A stretch of DNA of 64,000 nucleotides, taken from contig NC_057757.1 of assembly GCF_004010195.1 (NCBI RefSeq), positions 9,425,636 through 9,489,635 on the forward strand. The letters are read 5' to 3'. Of the stretch, positions 61,186 to 64,000 are shown piece by piece (the stretch's first letter is position 1; each line of letters opens with the position of its first letter). Source of the DNA: Chiloscyllium plagiosum (lineage: Eukaryota). The translations under genes and the position numbers were made by a program. The notes under the pieces are model-generated. The model was not told the DNA's origin. It ran no database searches and saw only the letters and a list, made by a program, of their open reading frames with translations.

Positions 61186-63960
61186 ATGGCTCTTTCAGTC
61201 ATCAAGGGGTTTCTGGAGGTGGAAGAAGTGATCTTGGGGTTTTTTTTACAAAAGACAAATAAGACCAAGCTGTGGGAATTAATAGACAAGCTGGATTTAA
61301 ATTTACCTCCCAACATGAGGAAAGATGAGATGGTTACAGCAATAGCTCAGCATTTAAATTTGCTGGAAACATAATCTGGATCTGTCGAGATGGCTAAAAT
61401 TCAATTGCAAATGGCATAGCTTTGATTGGCGGGGAGAGATGAGGAAAGGGCAGCAGAAATGGAACAGTTCGAGTTATGCTTACAATCACAAGACAGAGAA
61501 AAAGATCAAAGGGCTCCAGCAGAAGAGAAAGAAAAAGAGAGAGAGTTTGAACTTCAGAAATTAGCACTTAAAAAGGGAAGTCAGCTTAAAAGGCTGGAGA
61601 TAATGGCTGAGGGTAAGCTTAGTGAGGAAGAGAGTTCCCCTGGTAGTTAGAAGCCTGGTGAGAAATTGTTTAAGTATATTCAAGCATTGCCTAAATTTGA
61701 TGAGAAGGACGTGGACGCCTTTTACATCTTATTTGAAAAGGTGGCTAAACAAATGCAGTAGCCAGTGACCATGTAAGTTATGTTGATCCAAACCAAACTT
61801 GTAGATAGGGCTAGTGAGGTATTCACATCACTTATCAGATGAGGTATCTGGGGAGTGTGAGGAGGGGGAGAAAACCATCTTAAGTCCATATGAGCTTGTA
61901 CCAGAAGCCTGCAGACCATGTTTCAGGAATCTCAGGAGGGATCCTGGTCAAACCCACATTGAGCTTGAAGGGATCAAACAGTACTTTTGATAGATGGATA
62001 AGAGCTTTAAAAATACAGCAAACGATTATTTTGGAGGAGTTCAAAAACTCACTGCCTGACATACTGTGAATTCATGTGGAAGAGCAGAGAGTTAAAACAG
62101 CAAGGTTAGCAGCTGAAATGGCTGATGATTATGAGCTGATCCATAAAACATAGTTTGGCTTCCAGAATCAATTTCAATCCATGAGGGATAGAAGTTGTGG
62201 AAAAGAGAAATCCTCATATAGAAAGGGAATGATAGGTCTCAGTGAAGAACTTACAGGGGGTAATAAGGAAACCCTTGAAGGGGGTCAAAGAAGGTAAAAA
62301 GCTCCAATATTTTCATTATAATAAAGCAGGCTGCATGAAATCACAGTGCTGATGGGCTAGGTGAAGCACTGGGAAACCAGATGTAGGAAGACAAAATCAG
62401 CTTGGGAGGTTTGTTGGCATGGTAACAAAAAGCACAGTGGAGGCTGGATAGCTGCACCAGAATGTACAAGCTGATTGGAGGTTGGTTAAGGAGAAAGTGC
62501 TAGATCTGCTTAACACATATACATCCAAGGGTAAAGTTTATTCACACAGGCCAGCAGTAGCAGGTAAAGAGATTACAATATTAAGGGACACAGGATCCGT
62601 TCAGTCTGTGATACTGAAGAATGAGGTGATATGTACTCCTGAAGGACTATTGCCAGAAAAGGTATTGGTAATGGGAATTCACAGAGAGACCAAAAACACT
62701 CAATTATGTAAAGTGAGGTTAGAGTGTCCAGAGAGGAGTGGAGAATTTGTGGTAGGATTACTGGACAAACTATCAGCTCCAGGAATACAATCAGTCCTTG
62801 CAAATGATATAGCTGATTCACCAGTAGGCATGCTGCCTACTGTAGTTGAAAAGCCAGTAGAGACTCAAGCAACTGAAGCAATGCAGGATTCTTATCTGGG
62901 AATCTTCCCTGACTGTGTAGTAATGAGGTCACAGAGTCAACAGCTGAAGGAGGAGAGATCAAAGGGTACAGATAAGGAAACTGAAGTAGCTTTAGCAGAG
63001 ACAGTGTTCAATCAGTTAGTTGAGATAAATAAACAACCATACAAATATCTTTACCTCTGCAAAGTTCATTGAGTTGCAGTAGAAAGATGAAAATTTAGAG
63101 TTGCATCAAAAGACATACACAGAGAAAGAGTCTGAATATATCCCTGTGTGTTATTACCTGAGAAATGGTGTCTTATTGAGGAACTGGTGACCATCACATA
63201 TTCAAGCAGATAAGAAATGGGTAGAAATTCATCAAATTATCTTGTCAGTCGGGTATAACAAGGAGGTGCTGCGAGTGGCACATGAGCTATCACTTGGAAG
63301 TCATTGAGGGGGGAGGAAAACACAGGCTAAAATACAAAGACACTTTTACTGGCCTGGACTACACAAGGATGTACAGAGGAGCCTTGATTATCCAAAAGAC
63401 AAGGGCGGGCAGTATTTTGTTCGGATCATCGAATTCCGGATAGTTAAATGCTGGATAACATCATTTAGCTGAGCATCAGGACCTTGTGATTTTGCCAGAT
63501 AATCTGATATTCGGATAATCGAATGCTGGATAATTGAGGTTCCTCTGTAGTTGAATTTTGCCAGATGGGCAGGTGGGACTAGATTGGGTTGGGATATCTG
63601 GTCAGCATGGATGTGTTGGACCGAAGGATCTGTTTCTGTGCTGTACATCTCTATGATTCTATAATTGGAAAACAACAGGCAGTAATAAAACCTGCACCTT
63701 TAATACCTATGCCAGCACTTCAGGAACCTTTCACAAGAATCTTAATTGATTGTGTAGGTCCCCTGCCTCAAGCAAAAAGTGGGAATCAGTACTTGTTAAC
63801 AATAATGGATGTATTGACGAGATTTCCAGAGGCTGTTCCATTACACAATATCACAGCTCAAAGGATTGTAGAGGGATTAATCAAATTTTTTACAACATAT
63901 GGACCAGAGGTAGTCAGGTCAAAGGTCAAACTTTACATCCAAACTATTCAAGGAAGTTTT
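61186..63960 (+). mobile_element. Decayed Gmr1-like Ty3/Gypsy LTR retrotransposon internal region (gag, protease, integrase)
   Basis: gag LPKFDEKDVDAFYILFEKVAKQM; protease ITILRDTGSVQSVIL; integrase zinc-finger AHE...KTQAKIQRHFYWPGLHKDV; integrase core PFTRILIDCVGPLPQAKSGNQYLLTIMDVLTRFPEAVPL. Contains many stops. Confidence 0.85.
63374..63547. mobile_element. Tc1/mariner-pogo-type MITE inserted in the integrase gene
   Basis: Terminal inverted repeats cagaggagccttgattatcc and ggataattgaggttcctctg, with TA duplicated on both sides. It splits the codons of KDV|VEFCQ. A related TIR end lies at about 34405-34425. Confidence 0.8.
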
Positions 63961-64000
63961 TTTTTAGATTAGATTACTTACAGTGTGGAAACAGGCCCTT

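Overview
This is vertebrate genomic DNA, most likely from a shark: it carries many HE1-type V-SINEs, CR1/HER1 LINEs and Penelope-like elements. It is not prokaryotic. (1) 1-4.1 kb: the very GC/CpG-rich 3' end of a neuroligin-2 (NLGN2) gene on the minus strand, with its last two coding exons (3305-4094, 1255-2077) and 3' UTR. I could not find the upstream NLGN2 exons in the remaining 60 kb. (2) 4-20 kb: dense retroelement debris. (3) About 19.9-31.4 kb: a 34-bp tandem satellite built from two alternating subtypes with higher-order duplications. (4) 31.4-64 kb: AT-richer, repeat-rich sequence with two N gaps. It holds a minus-strand zona-pellucida ZP4/ZPB-like locus with an intact TATA/E-box promoter and an intact signal-peptide plus trefoil exon (45884-46088), but only one degenerate ZP-C exon (43021-43093). 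It also holds two candidate exons of an unidentified gene (57.3-59.0 kb) and a decayed Gmr1-type Ty3/Gypsy element. The most notable observations are the collapsed ZP gene, which could encode a stand-alone secreted trefoil peptide, and several Penelope-derived palindromic mini-elements flanked by target-site duplications, some carrying minimal hammerhead ribozyme motifs.
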